DNA of 64,000 nt from an uncultured SAR86 cluster bacterium (GTDB lineage: Bacteria > Pseudomonadota > Gammaproteobacteria > Magnimaribacterales > Magnimaribacteraceae). The position numbers and the translations under genes are program-made. The notes beneath the pieces are model-generated. The model had not been told where the DNA came from. It made no database searches and was given only the letters and a program-made list of their open reading frames with translations. The DNA is taken from NCBI GenBank assembly GCA_902570225.1, contig CACFXJ010000001.1, positions 86,780 to 150,779 of the forward strand. The letters run 5' to 3'. Positions 22,787 to 32,598 of this stretch are shown one piece after another; the stretch's first letter is position 1, and each line of letters starts with the position of its first letter.

Positions 22787-23311
22787 ATGCTTTATAGATT
22801 AGGTGAACATGAACCTATTACTGATGGTGAATTTTATGTAGCAGATTCAGCAACAGTTCTCGGCAAAGTGAGACTATGCGAAAATGCCAGCATATGGTTT
22901 GGGGCTGTTTTGAGAGGTGACACTGAACTAATTACAATTGGAGAGGGTTCAAATGTTCAAGATTGCTCTGTATTGCATACAGATTTAGGGTTTCCATTAG
23001 ACATTGGAAAAGACGTAACAATTGGCCACAAAGTAATGTTACATGGTTGCACTATTGGAGATGGAAGTTTGATAGGTATAAATTCTGTAGTTCTAAATGG
23101 AGCAAAAATTGGAAAAGGGTGCCTAATTGGAGCTAATGCTTTAGTCACCGAAGGAATGGAAATACCTGACGGTTCGTTAGTATTGGGCTCTCCAGGAAAA
23201 ATCAAAGGAGAGTTAAATGAAGATCAGAAACAAGGTCTAATTCTTTCAGCAAAACATTACGTGCAAAATTCTAAAAGGTTCAAAGAAGAACTTGAATTAA
23301 TGGAGAAATAA
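22787..23311 (+). CDS. Gamma-carbonic anhydrase family protein
   Basis: Hexapeptide repeats; RGD...[14 protein letters not shown]...LHGC. Confidence 0.9.
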   Translation: MLYRLGEHEPITDGEFYVADSATVLGKVRLCENASIWFGAVLRGDTELITIGEGSNVQDCSVLHTDLGFPLDIGKDVTIGHKVMLHGCTIGDGSLIGINSVVLNGAKIGKGCLIGANALVTEGMEIPDGSLVLGSPGKIKGELNEDQKQGLILSAKHYVQNSKRFKEELELMEK

Positions 23312-23313
23312 AT

Positions 23314-24015
23314 ATGAAGACTCAAGAAATAAATTATCAATGCGGCGATCAGGAATACAGAGCCTTCGTGGCTAAACCAGAGAAAGATTCTGCTCCTCTA
23401 ATCCTGATAGCACCTTCATGGGCTGGAAGAGATGATTTTGTAGAAAAAAAAGCTATTGAACTTGCAGAAGAGGGTTATGTGGCAATGGCAGTAGATATGT
23501 ATGGAGACGCTAAAGTAGGCACCTCAACTGAAGAAAATCAATCTTTGATGACTCCTCTTGTAGAAGATAGACAGAAATTAAAATCTGTCATCAATTCTGC
23601 TTTAGAAGCAGGTAAAGAAATCGAAGGAGTAGATTCAAGTAAGATAGCAGCTATCGGTTATTGTTTTGGTGGTTTGGTCGTCTTGGATCTTGCCAGATCA
23701 GGATCAGATATTAATGGAGTCGTAAGTTTTCATGGGCTCCTAATGGGTTCAGATATTGCAGATAATGGCATAAAGGCTAAAGTTCTGGTTTTGCATGGAG
23801 AAAGAGATCCAATGGTACCCTTATCAATGGTTGACGACTTTCAAAAAGAGATGACAGAAGCAGAAGCTGATTGGCAACTCCATAGTTATGGAAATACTTA
23901 CCACGCCTTTACTAATCAAGAGGCAAATGATCCCAATTTGGGCACTCAGTATAATGAAAATGCTGACAGAAGATCTTGGCAGTCCATGATGAATTTTTTT
24001 GCTGAAATATTCTGA
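23314..24015 (+). CDS. Dienelactone hydrolase family protein
   Basis: GYCFGG nucleophile, HG..DP, HAF. Confidence 0.9.
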   Translation: MKTQEINYQCGDQEYRAFVAKPEKDSAPLILIAPSWAGRDDFVEKKAIELAEEGYVAMAVDMYGDAKVGTSTEENQSLMTPLVEDRQKLKSVINSALEAGKEIEGVDSSKIAAIGYCFGGLVVLDLARSGSDINGVVSFHGLLMGSDIADNGIKAKVLVLHGERDPMVPLSMVDDFQKEMTEAEADWQLHSYGNTYHAFTNQEANDPNLGTQYNENADRRSWQSMMNFFAEIF

Positions 24016-24024
24016 TAGAAGCAT

Positions 24025-26817
24025 ATGCTCTCTACTGACGAGATAAGAAAAATCTACTTAGACTTCTTTCAAGAGAAAGAACATACCCTTGTAGAAAGTG
24101 CTTCTCTCGTTCCGATTAATGACCCAACATTGCTATTTACTAATGCTGGTATGGTTCCTTTTAAAGACTTACTATTAGGTGTTGAAAATAGAAGTTATAC
24201 TCGAGCTGTTAGTTCCCAAAGATGTATTAGAGCCGGAGGGAAACATAATGATCTTGATAACGTAGGCTATACCGCAAGACACCATACTTTCTTTGAAATG
24301 CTTGGAAACTTTAGTTTCGGAGATTATTTTAAAGAGGACGCAATTTTATTTGCCTGGGAATTATTAACCCAAAGATACAAAATCTCTCCGGAAAAGTTAT
24401 GGATTACTGTTCACGAAAGTGATGATGAGTCAGAAGATATATGGATAAATAAAGTTGGAGTTGATCCTGCGAGAGTTTCTAGATTAGATGACGAGGAAAA
24501 TTTTTGGACTATGGGAGATACGGGTCCCTGCGGTCCCTGCAGCGAAATCTATTATGATCACGGCGACCATCTTGAAGGAGATCCTCCTAAATTAGGAAAT
24601 GAACCAGGAGATCGGTTTGTAGAGATCTGGAATCTTGTATTTACTCAATTTGATAGAAGTAAAGATGGTAGTTTAAGTCCTCTTCCGAATCCTTGTGTTG
24701 ATACAGGAATGGGCTTGGAAAGAATGGCAGCTGTCCTACAAAATGAAAACAATAATTATGAAACCGATATTCTGAAGTCTATAGTCCAAGAAGCGGCAAA
24801 AATTAGTGGAGAGAATGATCTAACAAACCCCTCACTAAGAGTAATATCAGATCACTTAAGAGCCTCTTCGTTCCTGATTGCAGATGGCGTTGTGCCTTCT
24901 AATGAAGGAAGAGGATATGTCTTACGCAGAATTATAAGACGCGGCCTTAGACATGCTCACAAACTTGGAATGAAAGATGGGATTCTCTCTAAGCTTGTAC
25001 ATGTTTTGGAAGAAAAAATGGGCATTGCTTATCCCCTACTTGTAAAAAACTCAGATATTATTAAAGCTAATTTACTTAAAGAGGAAGAACAGTTTTCCAC
25101 TACTTTAGAGCAGGGTATGCAATTACTTGAATCTGCAGTTGAGGACTTAGAAAACAACGAAATTCCAGGTGATATCGTTTTCAAACTTTACGATACTTAT
25201 GGATTTCCAGTTGATATGACTGCTGATTTTGCACGCGAGAGGGATCTAATTGTTGATTTAAACGAATACGAAGCCTTAATGCTAGAACAAAAAGAAAGAG
25301 GTAGGTCATCGAGTAACTTCAACACACTCATCCCAGAATCTTTAAACATCGAAGGCGAAACTGCCTTCTTAGGATACGATACCCATTCAACATCCTCGAA
25401 GATAGTAGAGATTATTTCTAGCTCCGAAGAAGGTAATAAGGATGAATTAAGAGAAGGGGAAGAAGGACTTATACTTCTGGATGAGACCCCATTTTATGCT
25501 GAGTCTGGAGGTCAAGTAGGAGATAAAGGATTTATTCAGTCCAATAATTCGCTTTTCGAAGTTCATGATACCCAGAAAAAAGGGGATCAATTTCTTCATC
25601 TAGGCCATGTTAAATCTGGAGTTTTTAATAAAAATGATTCTGTAACAGCTGAAATTAACATAACCCACAGAAATAGAATAAAAAGTAATCACAGTGCAAC
25701 TCACTTATTGCATGCTGCTCTTAGAAGTGTGCTGGGTGATCATGTAGAGCAAAAGGGTTCTCTGGTTGAAGAATCTAGATTGAGATTTGATTTTGCTCAC
25801 AATAATTCTATTCAATCTGATGACCTCGAAGCTATAGAAGATCTGATTAATTTAGAAATAACAAAAGATCTAGAGTCGATAACCGAAGTGCTTCCAATAA
25901 ATGAAGCTTTGGAGAGAGGTGCCGTTGCATTTTTTGGAGATAAGTATGGAGATGAAGTTAGGGTTCTCAATATAGGAAACGGTTTTTCTATTGAGCTTTG
26001 CGGCGGTACTCATGTAGATAGAACAGGTGAAATAGGTGTGATGAAAATCATATCTGAATCTGGAATTTCTGCTGGAGTCAGAAGGATTGAAGCAGTAACA
26101 GGTGATGGTGCTAATTTCCTATTAGATGAGTTGGAGCAAGAATATTCGGCCATTAGCAACGAACTTCTAGTTGATGATTTCGATTCCAGAGATGGTGTTG
26201 AGGTTTTAAAATATATTCGCTTTTTAGAAGACGAAATCTCCGCTTATTCAAAAATTCTTAATTGCTCTAATGACCAGGTTTTAAAAAAAATCACTCAAAT
26301 TAAAGAAGAAAATATTGAGTTAAATAAAGTCTTAGGGAATCAGACTTCTGAATTTAAGACATTCGAAAATTGTATTGATGCCTTGGAGGGTTTAGTAGCT
26401 CTGAATAAGTCATTACAAAGAGAGTCAAAAGAAATCCAATCACAAGACATTGGATCATCAGTAGAAAGTCTCATCAGTAATTCACTTGCAGTTGAAGGTT
26501 ATGAATTAATAACAAATATATTTGAAGGAATCGATGCAAAAGAACTCAGAGAAATAGCCGACAGATTAAGAAATAAAAGTTCCAATACCATAATAGCCTT
26601 GATTTCAATCACAGATGACAAAGCTCCGACAATCGTAGCATGTTCTAGGGATGTCGATATTGATGCCAGAGAAATAATGAAGCATTTAATTAATCAATTA
26701 GGTGGAAGTGGAGGAGGAAGACCAGACTTTGCTCAAGGTGGAGTTGATAATACCGATGATTTAGATATGGCTTTAACTTCAGTAGCCGACTTAATTGTTT
26801 CTTTAACTAATCAATAA
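24025..26817 (+). CDS. alaS: Alanine--tRNA ligase
   Basis: DPTLLFTNAGM, HHTFFEMLGNFSFGDYFK, HSATHLLH and ELCGGTH editing site, GGSGGGRPDFAQGG. Confidence 0.98.
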   Translation: MLSTDEIRKIYLDFFQEKEHTLVESASLVPINDPTLLFTNAGMVPFKDLLLGVENRSYTRAVSSQRCIRAGGKHNDLDNVGYTARHHTFFEMLGNFSFGDYFKEDAILFAWELLTQRYKISPEKLWITVHESDDESEDIWINKVGVDPARVSRLDDEENFWTMGDTGPCGPCSEIYYDHGDHLEGDPPKLGNEPGDRFVEIWNLVFTQFDRSKDGSLSPLPNPCVDTGMGLERMAAVLQNENNNYETDILKSIVQEAAKISGENDLTNPSLRVISDHLRASSFLIADGVVPSNEGRGYVLRRIIRRGLRHAHKLGMKDGILSKLVHVLEEKMGIAYPLLVKNSDIIKANLLKEEEQFSTTLEQGMQLLESAVEDLENNEIPGDIVFKLYDTYGFPVDMTADFARERDLIVDLNEYEALMLEQKERGRSSSNFNTLIPESLNIEGETAFLGYDTHSTSSKIVEIISSSEEGNKDELREGEEGLILLDETPFYAESGGQVGDKGFIQSNNSLFEVHDTQKKGDQFLHLGHVKSGVFNKNDSVTAEINITHRNRIKSNHSATHLLHAALRSVLGDHVEQKGSLVEESRLRFDFAHNNSIQSDDLEAIEDLINLEITKDLESITEVLPINEALERGAVAFFGDKYGDEVRVLNIGNGFSIELCGGTHVDRTGEIGVMKIISESGISAGVRRIEAVTGDGANFLLDELEQEYSAISNELLVDDFDSRDGVEVLKYIRFLEDEISAYSKILNCSNDQVLKKITQIKEENIELNKVLGNQTSEFKTFENCIDALEGLVALNKSLQRESKEIQSQDIGSSVESLISNSLAVEGYELITNIFEGIDAKELREIADRLRNKSSNTIIALISITDDKAPTIVACSRDVDIDAREIMKHLINQLGGSGGGRPDFAQGGVDNTDDLDMALTSVADLIVSLTNQ

Positions 26818-26838
26818 TATAGAATACTCGCCTTTTTT

Positions 26839-28068
26839 ATGGGCAAATTAATAGTAAAAAAATTTGGAGGCACTTCTGTTGCTGATGCTGAACGCATTAA
26901 AGCAGTGGCTGACAATGTTGAAGCTGAAATCAAAAAAGGCAATAAAGTCACTGTGGTTTTATCCGCAATGGGTAAAAGCACTGATGATCTAATTGATTTA
27001 GCAAAAGAGATTAATCCTGAACCTGATTTAAGAGAATATGATGCCTTGGTCTCTACTGGAGAGCAGATTTCCGTTGCTTTGCTGGCTATGGCTCTCCTTA
27101 AAAGAGGCATAAAAGGTAAATCTTATACTGCTTATCAATTGGGTATTAAAACAAACTCAAGTCATAGCAGAGCCAGAATCCTAGATGTTGAAGTAAGTAA
27201 GATAACCTCAGAACTTGATGAAGGTGTTGTGCCTGTAATTACTGGTTTTCAGGGAATGAATGAATTAGGTGATATTACAACACTAGGTAGAGGTGGTTCT
27301 GACACAACGGGCGTTGCTCTTGCTGTTGCTTTAAAAGCAGATGAATGCCAAATATATACAGATGTCGATGGAGTTTTTACAACTGATCCTAGGGTTTGTG
27401 ATAAAGCAAGATTATTGAAAGAGGTAAGCTTTGAAGAAATGTTAGAATTATCAAGTTCAGGAGCAAAAGTTCTTCAGTTAAGGGCTGTTGAATATGCAAG
27501 TAAATTTAATTTACCGCTTCGTGTTCTGTCAAGTTTTCAAGAAGGTGAAGGCACATTAGTTCAAGAGGAGAAAAATATTATGGAAAGACCAATTGTTTCT
27601 GGGATAAGCAGTATAGACTCTGAAGCAAAACTCACTATTAGGGGTGTTCCTGATGTACCAGGTGTTGCAGCAAAGATCTTGAGCCCAATTAGCGAGGCTG
27701 GAATTGAAGTTGATGTAATCGTCCAAAATATTAGTGCAGATAATAATACTGACTTCACATTCACAGTTGATAAAAGTGATGCTAAAAAAGCTGAAGACAT
27801 TCTCCAAAAAACATCTCAGGCGTTGGGAGGGGGATCAATCGAGGTTGATGATGAGATAGCCAAAATAAGCATTGTAGGTAGAGGAATGAGAGCACATGCT
27901 GGAGTTGCTAGTAAAATGTTTCAGACTTTGGCAAAAAATGAAATTAACATTTCAATGATTACAACCTCTGAGATAAAAATATCTGTAGTAATTAAAAAGG
28001 ATGAAATGACAAAAGCAGTCAAGGCCCTCCACAATGCTTTTGACTTAGATAAAGAGCTAGATACTTAA
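26839..28068 (+). CDS. lysC: Aspartate kinase
   Basis: KFGGTSV, TLGRGGSD, DVDGV.T.DPR, two ACT domains; follows alaS. Confidence 0.95.
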   Translation: MGKLIVKKFGGTSVADAERIKAVADNVEAEIKKGNKVTVVLSAMGKSTDDLIDLAKEINPEPDLREYDALVSTGEQISVALLAMALLKRGIKGKSYTAYQLGIKTNSSHSRARILDVEVSKITSELDEGVVPVITGFQGMNELGDITTLGRGGSDTTGVALAVALKADECQIYTDVDGVFTTDPRVCDKARLLKEVSFEEMLELSSSGAKVLQLRAVEYASKFNLPLRVLSSFQEGEGTLVQEEKNIMERPIVSGISSIDSEAKLTIRGVPDVPGVAAKILSPISEAGIEVDVIVQNISADNNTDFTFTVDKSDAKKAEDILQKTSQALGGGSIEVDDEIAKISIVGRGMRAHAGVASKMFQTLAKNEINISMITTSEIKISVVIKKDEMTKAVKALHNAFDLDKELDT

Positions 28069-28439
28069 TGGATGCAATCGTCGCATCCTTCGGTTTATAG
28101 GAAGGTCTTCTAAGAGGCTTCGTCTTTGGTTTAGTTCATGTAGGTATCTTAATTATTGGCTATTACTCCGGTTGGAGTATAAATCGACTTCTTAAGAGAA
28201 CATCTAACGGACACATAGCTGGAATAGTAGGGGCGGTTATAGCCCATATACTTGCAGATCTTATAGCGTCTCTTCTTGACCCAACTATGAGATCACCTGC
28301 ATTAGGAATAGTTTTGGGTGGCATCGTGCCTTTATTATTTATTCCTATCCTTGAGAAGTATGTTACTAAGAGTGATTTGCATATCATGGTTGGTGATCAT
28401 GAAGATATTGAAAATGATCTAAAGTCACATGAGCACTGA
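28068..28439 (+). pseudogene. 123-codon membrane protein ORF interrupted by an in-frame TAG at codon 11 (28098-28100)
   Basis: ATG overlaps the lysC stop (TAATG); reads MDAIVASFGL*EGLLRGFVFGLVHVGILIIGYYSGW...DHEDIENDLKSHEH; about 3 TM helices; absent from the ORF track. Confidence 0.7.
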
Positions 28440-28488
28440 CTCTGCTCAGTTCTAACATATAAATAAAATAATATTAAAGTATTGCATT

Positions 28489-28543
28489 TGAGAATGATTC
28501 TCATTTATGATGCGAATCATTATCGATCTAATAATCATTCTCA
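28489..28543. promoter_or_regulatory. Three tandem Fur boxes over the TonB receptor promoter
   Basis: 7-1-7 repeats TGAGAAT-G-ATTCTCA (28489), TGCGAAT-C-ATTATCG (28511), TAATAAT-C-ATTCTCA (28529); putative -35 TTGCAT at 28482 and -10 TATGAT at 28506. Confidence 0.85.
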
Positions 28544-28596
28544 TTTACAAATTTTGATTATTACGATGTATTTATAAACTTTACGGGAGTAAAAAA

Positions 28597-30669
28597 ATGG
28601 TTCAATTTATAAGAACTTTTTTTAAAGCAATAGTTGTTTCTTCTCTTGCTTTTACAGCTACTTTGTTTGCTGATGAAGCGGTGGAAGAAATTGTTGTTAA
28701 AGGTAAGGTGCTTTATTCAGATCAAGTTAAAGCTCTTAAAACACCAACAGCTATTATTGATGTACCTCAAAGTTTGTCTATCGTTACTGATGAAGACATT
28801 CGTAAACAGGGTATAAGAGAAATAGGCGACATAGTTCGTTACACGCCTGGTGTTAATACCTCACAAGGTGAAGGACATAGAGATGCAGTTGTATTTAGAG
28901 GTGTAAGATCTACAGCTGATTTTTATCAAGATGGTGCAAGAGATGATGTTCAATACTACCGCTCTCTTTACAATGTAGATCAAGTCGAAGTTCTAAGAGG
29001 ACCAAATGCTCTTTTATTTGGAAGAGGCGGAACAGGCGGAATCACTAATCGTGTAACAAAGAAAGCTCAAATTGGAGAGCAATTTGGATCATTTGATATA
29101 GGTGCCGATGATTTTGGAGCCTTTGATTTTGCAGCTGATTACAATACTTCGACTGGTGATAATACTGCTTTTCGTTTTAACGTTCATAGTGACAGCCTAG
29201 AGAATCATCGTGATATGTACGACGGTGATCGTATTGGATTCAATCCAACAGTTAAAATTCAAATGAGTGAAGCTACTACTCTAGATCTATCTTATGAATA
29301 CGCTGATCATGAAAGATTTATTGATAGGGGTATACCAACTGCTAACGGAAAACCAGTTGAAGCACTGAAGGATGTAGTATTTGGAACTTCAGATATCAAT
29401 ATCACCACTCTTGAAGCTGATATCTTCAGAGGTATCCTGACAACTGACTTTTCAGACACTTCAAAAGGAATCTTTTCTGTTACATCTAGTGAGTTTGAAA
29501 AGATGTATCAAAACTTGTATGCCTCAGGTTACGATTTAGATACTAATGTAGTTACGCTCGACGGTTACAGAGATCCAACAGAACGCGAGAATCTTATAAT
29601 TTCTGCTAATTTAGTAAATGAAATCCAAATTGGAGGAGCCACTCATACTCTCTTAATCGGAGCTGAAATAGTCGATACTGACAACAAAAATGTCAGATAT
29701 GACACTTACTGGTCAACCACAGAAAAAGATAAAGAGTCTTTCAATGTTTCAAGACCTCTAAATATAGCTACTAATTCAGCTGGAGTTGCTACTAGCGTTG
29801 ATTTCACAACTAAGCTGAAAAGTAGCACTACCTCAGACATAGAAGTAACGTCAATATATATCCAAGATCAAATTGATCTTTCTGATAATTTGATAGTACT
29901 TTTAGGAGGACGTTTAGATCAATTTGATATAACTGTCGACGATCTTAAAGCTGGATCATCACAATCTAGGGAAGATGATGAATTTTCTCCTAGAGCAGGA
30001 ATTATATTCAAGCCTCAAGATAGTGTGTCTTTATACCTCAGTTATAGTGAAAGTTTCTTACCAAGATCTGGTGAGCAGTACAAAAAGCTAACTGCAAGTT
30101 CAGCAGCATTAGATCCTGATGTATATGAAAGCACGGAAGTTGGTGTTAACTGGGATATTACTCCTGACCTTAGCTTAAGAGCGAGTTACTTTGATAGTGA
30201 ACAAACTATAGCTACACGTGATGAATCTGGAGAAGGTGCTGAAATAGTTGGACTGCAAGTAGATGGAATTGAGCTCGAAATTAAAGGACAAGTTAGCGAT
30301 CAGTTATTTGTTTCCTTCGGTTACAGCGATATGGACGGTGAGACCAGTTCAGGTGGAGAGCCAAGAGAGATTCCTGAAAATACAATGTCTTTATGGACTA
30401 CATACCAAGTTAATGACAAGTTTGGATATGGCTTAGGTGTCACTAGACAAGGAGAATCTAATATTAGTAACAACAAACCTGGATTAGTTCTACCGGACTA
30501 TACAAGAGTCGACTTTGCAGCTTACTACGATGTTTCTGATGATCTTTCTGTTAGATTAAATATTGAAAACATCACTGATGAAGTTTACTTCCCGCATTCT
30601 CACAGCACGCACCAAGCATCTGTAGGAGAGGAAGTTAATGCAAGGTTATCGATTACTAGAAGATTCTAA
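28597..30669 (+). CDS. TonB-dependent (siderophore/iron-type) receptor
   Basis: Signal peptide, EEIVV TonB box, PQSLSIV plug, VEVLRGPNALLFGRG, terminal Phe; Fur boxes upstream. Confidence 0.92.
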   Translation: MVQFIRTFFKAIVVSSLAFTATLFADEAVEEIVVKGKVLYSDQVKALKTPTAIIDVPQSLSIVTDEDIRKQGIREIGDIVRYTPGVNTSQGEGHRDAVVFRGVRSTADFYQDGARDDVQYYRSLYNVDQVEVLRGPNALLFGRGGTGGITNRVTKKAQIGEQFGSFDIGADDFGAFDFAADYNTSTGDNTAFRFNVHSDSLENHRDMYDGDRIGFNPTVKIQMSEATTLDLSYEYADHERFIDRGIPTANGKPVEALKDVVFGTSDINITTLEADIFRGILTTDFSDTSKGIFSVTSSEFEKMYQNLYASGYDLDTNVVTLDGYRDPTERENLIISANLVNEIQIGGATHTLLIGAEIVDTDNKNVRYDTYWSTTEKDKESFNVSRPLNIATNSAGVATSVDFTTKLKSSTTSDIEVTSIYIQDQIDLSDNLIVLLGGRLDQFDITVDDLKAGSSQSREDDEFSPRAGIIFKPQDSVSLYLSYSESFLPRSGEQYKKLTASSAALDPDVYESTEVGVNWDITPDLSLRASYFDSEQTIATRDESGEGAEIVGLQVDGIELEIKGQVSDQLFVSFGYSDMDGETSSGGEPREIPENTMSLWTTYQVNDKFGYGLGVTRQGESNISNNKPGLVLPDYTRVDFAAYYDVSDDLSVRLNIENITDEVYFPHSHSTHQASVGEEVNARLSITRRF

Positions 30670-30685
30670 TAAGTAATTGGTTGGT

Positions 30686-30880
30686 AATAGTGCAGCTAAC
30701 GGTAGCATTTATTGAAGATTAGATGTTATTGATAGGCGCCCAAGAACGAGTCCCAAGCGCAGTGGGCTCGTTCTAACCCAGTCGGAATCTGTTACAGACT
30801 ATAAATATTAACAGATTAATCACACCCCTCCCCAAAGGTTGGTTAAGAAAGGGATCTTGATACTTTTCAAGGTCCCTTTT
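30686..30880 (+). ncRNA. Candidate structured 3'-UTR RNA ending in an intrinsic terminator
   Basis: Successive hairpins at 30686-30713, 30743-30774, 30786-30817, 30816-30846 (C-rich loop) and 30848-30880. Confidence 0.4.
30848..30880. terminator. Bidirectional terminator between the TonB receptor and hemH
   Basis: AAAGGGATCTTGA-tacttt-TCAAGGTCCCTTTT. Confidence 0.8.
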
Positions 30881-31878
30881 ATCTTTTTGAAGCATTAACT
30901 AAGAAATCTACCCACGACTCTTCATCGTTAAGGCAAGGTATGTAGTTAAAAGACTTGCCTCCTGCTTCTAAAAAAGTTTCTCTGCCGCGGATATTCATCT
31001 CTTCCAGAGTCTCTAGGTTATCAGTTACAAAAGCAGGACAAACTACATCTAAATTTTTAACACCTACTTCGGCAAGTCTAACTAACTCCTTGTCAGTAAA
31101 AGGTTGTATCCATCCAGGACCTATTCTTGATTGGAAAGATATTCCCCATTCATCTTCTTTAAGTGCTAATTGCTTTGCGCAGAGCCTAGAAGTTTCAATA
31201 ACTTGAGCCTTGTAACAAAACGGTTTAGCTTTAGATTCCATATCGCAACAATTTTCCACTTTCAAACAATGACTTTGAGTAGGATCTGTTTTTAATAAGT
31301 GCCTATTAGGTATTCCGTGGTAACTGAATAACAAGAAATCACTTTCAGTCTGTCTATTATTACTTATGACATTGCTCAGACTGGAGATATATTCTTGTTC
31401 GTTGTAGAAGGCCTTAATGAAATTGAGTTTAAGGTCAAGTTCAAGCTCATTTTCAATCCTTATAACCTCCTTTTCCGTAGTTAACACGGTAGACATTGCG
31501 TAATGAGGATATAGAGGAACTACAAAAATCTCGGAGCACCCCTTTTTTTTTGAGATTTATCAATCCTTCTTCAATACTAGGAAATTGATATCTCATCGAC
31601 ACCTCAACAGGAGTATTTGATTTAGAATTTACCTTTTCACCCAGTAAACGCGTGTCATTAATCAACGGAGAACCGTTTTTTGTCCAAATTTCTGAGTAAG
31701 CTTCTCTAGTGTTTTTATATCTAGACGGAATAATTATCCAATTTACGAGTATTTGTTGGAGAAATTTAGGGTAATCAATTACAAGATCGTCCGATAAAAA
31801 CTCTTTTAAATATTCCTTTATTGAGTCTAGTTCGAGATCTTTAGGAGAGCCCAAATTAATAAGGAGAATTCCTTTCAT
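30879..31878 (-). CDS. hemH: Ferrochelatase, split by a +1 frameshift in an A9 run (T9 at 31543-31551)
   Basis: LLINLGSP, SMRY..P, SYHGIP, FQSR.G, P.FV.DNLETLEE; removing one A restores KKGCSEIFVVPLYPHYAMST. Confidence 0.9.
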
Positions 31879-31961
31879 ATCCTTAATTATAAGTAAATTT
31901 TCTTGTGAAGAGGCTAATTTCTGAGTTGTTTATGTAGTAAAATAAGCATTGAGAGTATATT

Positions 31962-32519
31962 TTGGATACATTAACAGCAATACAAACTAGAAATTCTATC
32001 CCTCACCTAGAAGATCCTGCTCCAACTCATGAGCAGATGGCTGAAGTTTACAAAGGAGCATTGAGAGCTCCCGATCACGCAAGACTGCGACCCTGGAAGT
32101 TTATCGAAGTAAGAGATGAGGCTAGACTGAAGCTTGGAAATATCTTTTTAGAAACTGCCAAATCTCTCAATCAAGATTTAACGGATGCGGAAGTAGAAAA
32201 ACTACTTAAAGCTCCTTTTAGAGCTCCAATGGTTATTATTCTAGCCGCAAATATAAAGCACCATCCTAAAGTACCTGAAATAGAACAAATAATATCACTT
32301 GGAGCAGCAGCCCAAAACATCCTACTGGGACTTCATGAGATGGGTTTCTCTGCCGTGTGGAGAACTGGACAGATGGCTTTTAACCCTGAAATTACAAAAT
32401 ATTTAGGTTTACAAGAAAACTTTCAAATTATTGGATATTTATATGTAGGAACTTCAATGGGAAAAGAGAAGCCATTGCCGGCACATAATTTAGATGATTT
32501 CCTTGAAGTTTGGGAATAA
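31962..32519 (+). CDS. Nitroreductase family protein (YdjA-like)
   Basis: RAPDH..LRPWKF, RAPMVI, GF.A.WRTG. Confidence 0.88.
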   Translation: MDTLTAIQTRNSIPHLEDPAPTHEQMAEVYKGALRAPDHARLRPWKFIEVRDEARLKLGNIFLETAKSLNQDLTDAEVEKLLKAPFRAPMVIILAANIKHHPKVPEIEQIISLGAAAQNILLGLHEMGFSAVWRTGQMAFNPEITKYLGLQENFQIIGYLYVGTSMGKEKPLPAHNLDDFLEVWE

Positions 32520-32598
32520 TTTACTTTTCAAATTAAACCTTCCCTAATTTATTTTTTTCCTCTAGAGTACTTAATACACATAATACGGGGAGAAAATT

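Noticed and set aside
28098-28100. Pyrrolysine or genome-wide TAG recoding
   Set aside because: No pyl genes are in the window, and TAG serves as a normal stop for several genes here (e.g. purF, lpxH, zipA).
28163-28387. 74-aa minus-strand ORF after lysC
   Set aside because: It is the shadow of the plus-strand, lysC-coupled membrane ORF at 28068-28439.
30723-30776. 17-codon ORF MLLIGAQERVPSAVGSF in the receptor 3' region
   Set aside because: It has no convincing RBS and is very short; the region is better explained by RNA hairpins.
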